Shown here one piece after another: positions 63,901 through 64,000 of a stretch of DNA of 64,000 bases. Source of the DNA: the human T2T-CHM13v2.0 reference genome, Homo sapiens; the NCBI RefSeq assembly GCF_009914755.1, contig NC_060934.1, one strand, 5' to 3'. A model generated the notes under the pieces. The model saw only the letters and a program-made list of their open reading frames with translations, made no database searches and was not told the origin of the DNA. Every line of letters starts with the position of its first letter. The first letter of the stretch is position 1. A program made the translations under genes and the position numbers.

Positions 63901-64000
63901 AGCAGAGGTGAAACACTCTTTTTGTGGAATTTGCTAGTGTAGATTTCAAACGCTTCGAAGACAGTGATAGAAAAGGATATATCTTCGTATTAAAAGTAGA

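Larger units (their letters stand above)
1..64000 (+). repeat. Centromeric alpha-satellite HOR array, SF1 dimeric type; probably human chr10 D10Z1 (S1C10H1L)
   Basis: Continuous ~170-bp monomers with alphoid motifs (CATTCTCAGAAACT, TTCAACTCACAGAGTT, GAGCAGTTTGGAAACACTCT). CENP-B box and GAATTC recur every 338-340 bp. HOR periods of 1357 and 1019 bp come from ORF-anchor spacing (52, 1409, 2428, 3785...), with one GTAC (RsaI) per HOR (534, 1891...). Alpha-satellite identity is essentially certain; the chr10 assignment rests on recalled RsaI 6-mer/8-mer organisation of D10Z1 (about 0.8). Confidence 0.98.

Noticed and set aside
1-64000. CRISPR-like regularly spaced conserved motif (GAGGCCTTCGTTGGAAACGGGATTTC)
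   Set aside because: The intervening ~310-bp sequences are themselves repeats rather than unique spacers, no cas genes are present, and the motif is the CENP-B box.
1-64000. Transposon insertion, inversion or embedded non-satellite sequence
   Set aside because: All anchor spacings are exactly 1357, 1353 or 1019 bp and sum to the full span, leaving no room for an insertion. Orientation is constant throughout.
1-64000. A previously undescribed gene-encoded biological system or an information code in the 6/8 unit order
   Set aside because: There is no coding or structured-RNA evidence. The unit order is fully explained by tandem duplication and deletion, as traced by linked SNVs.

Overview
The whole 64-kb window is one uninterrupted, single-orientation array of primate centromeric alpha-satellite DNA with ~170-bp monomers. 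It has the dimeric suprachromosomal family 1 (SF1) layout, with a CENP-B box and an EcoRI site every ~339 bp. Two higher-order repeats (HORs) build it: an 8-mer (1357 bp; 24 complete copies, 4 of them 1353 bp) and a 6-mer (1019 bp; 30 copies), each with one RsaI site. This best fits the human chromosome 10 active array D10Z1, by recall rather than by a search. The dominant unit is an 8+6 = 14-mer (2376 bp). I found no genes, RNA genes, transposons, inversions or CRISPR arrays; all listed ORFs are artefacts of the repeat. I do not see a new gene-encoded system. What is of interest is the array's history as read from SNVs and indels: nested super-periods (14-mer x3, 20-mer x3, 34-mer x2, two 28-mer duplications), a traceable 8-mer deletion leaving a chimeric 6-mer, a candidate progenitor of the 20-mer ~42 kb away, an amplified CENP-B box mutation, and no 8-8 adjacency. 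Variants were read by eye with the ORF track as a ruler, so some may have been missed.
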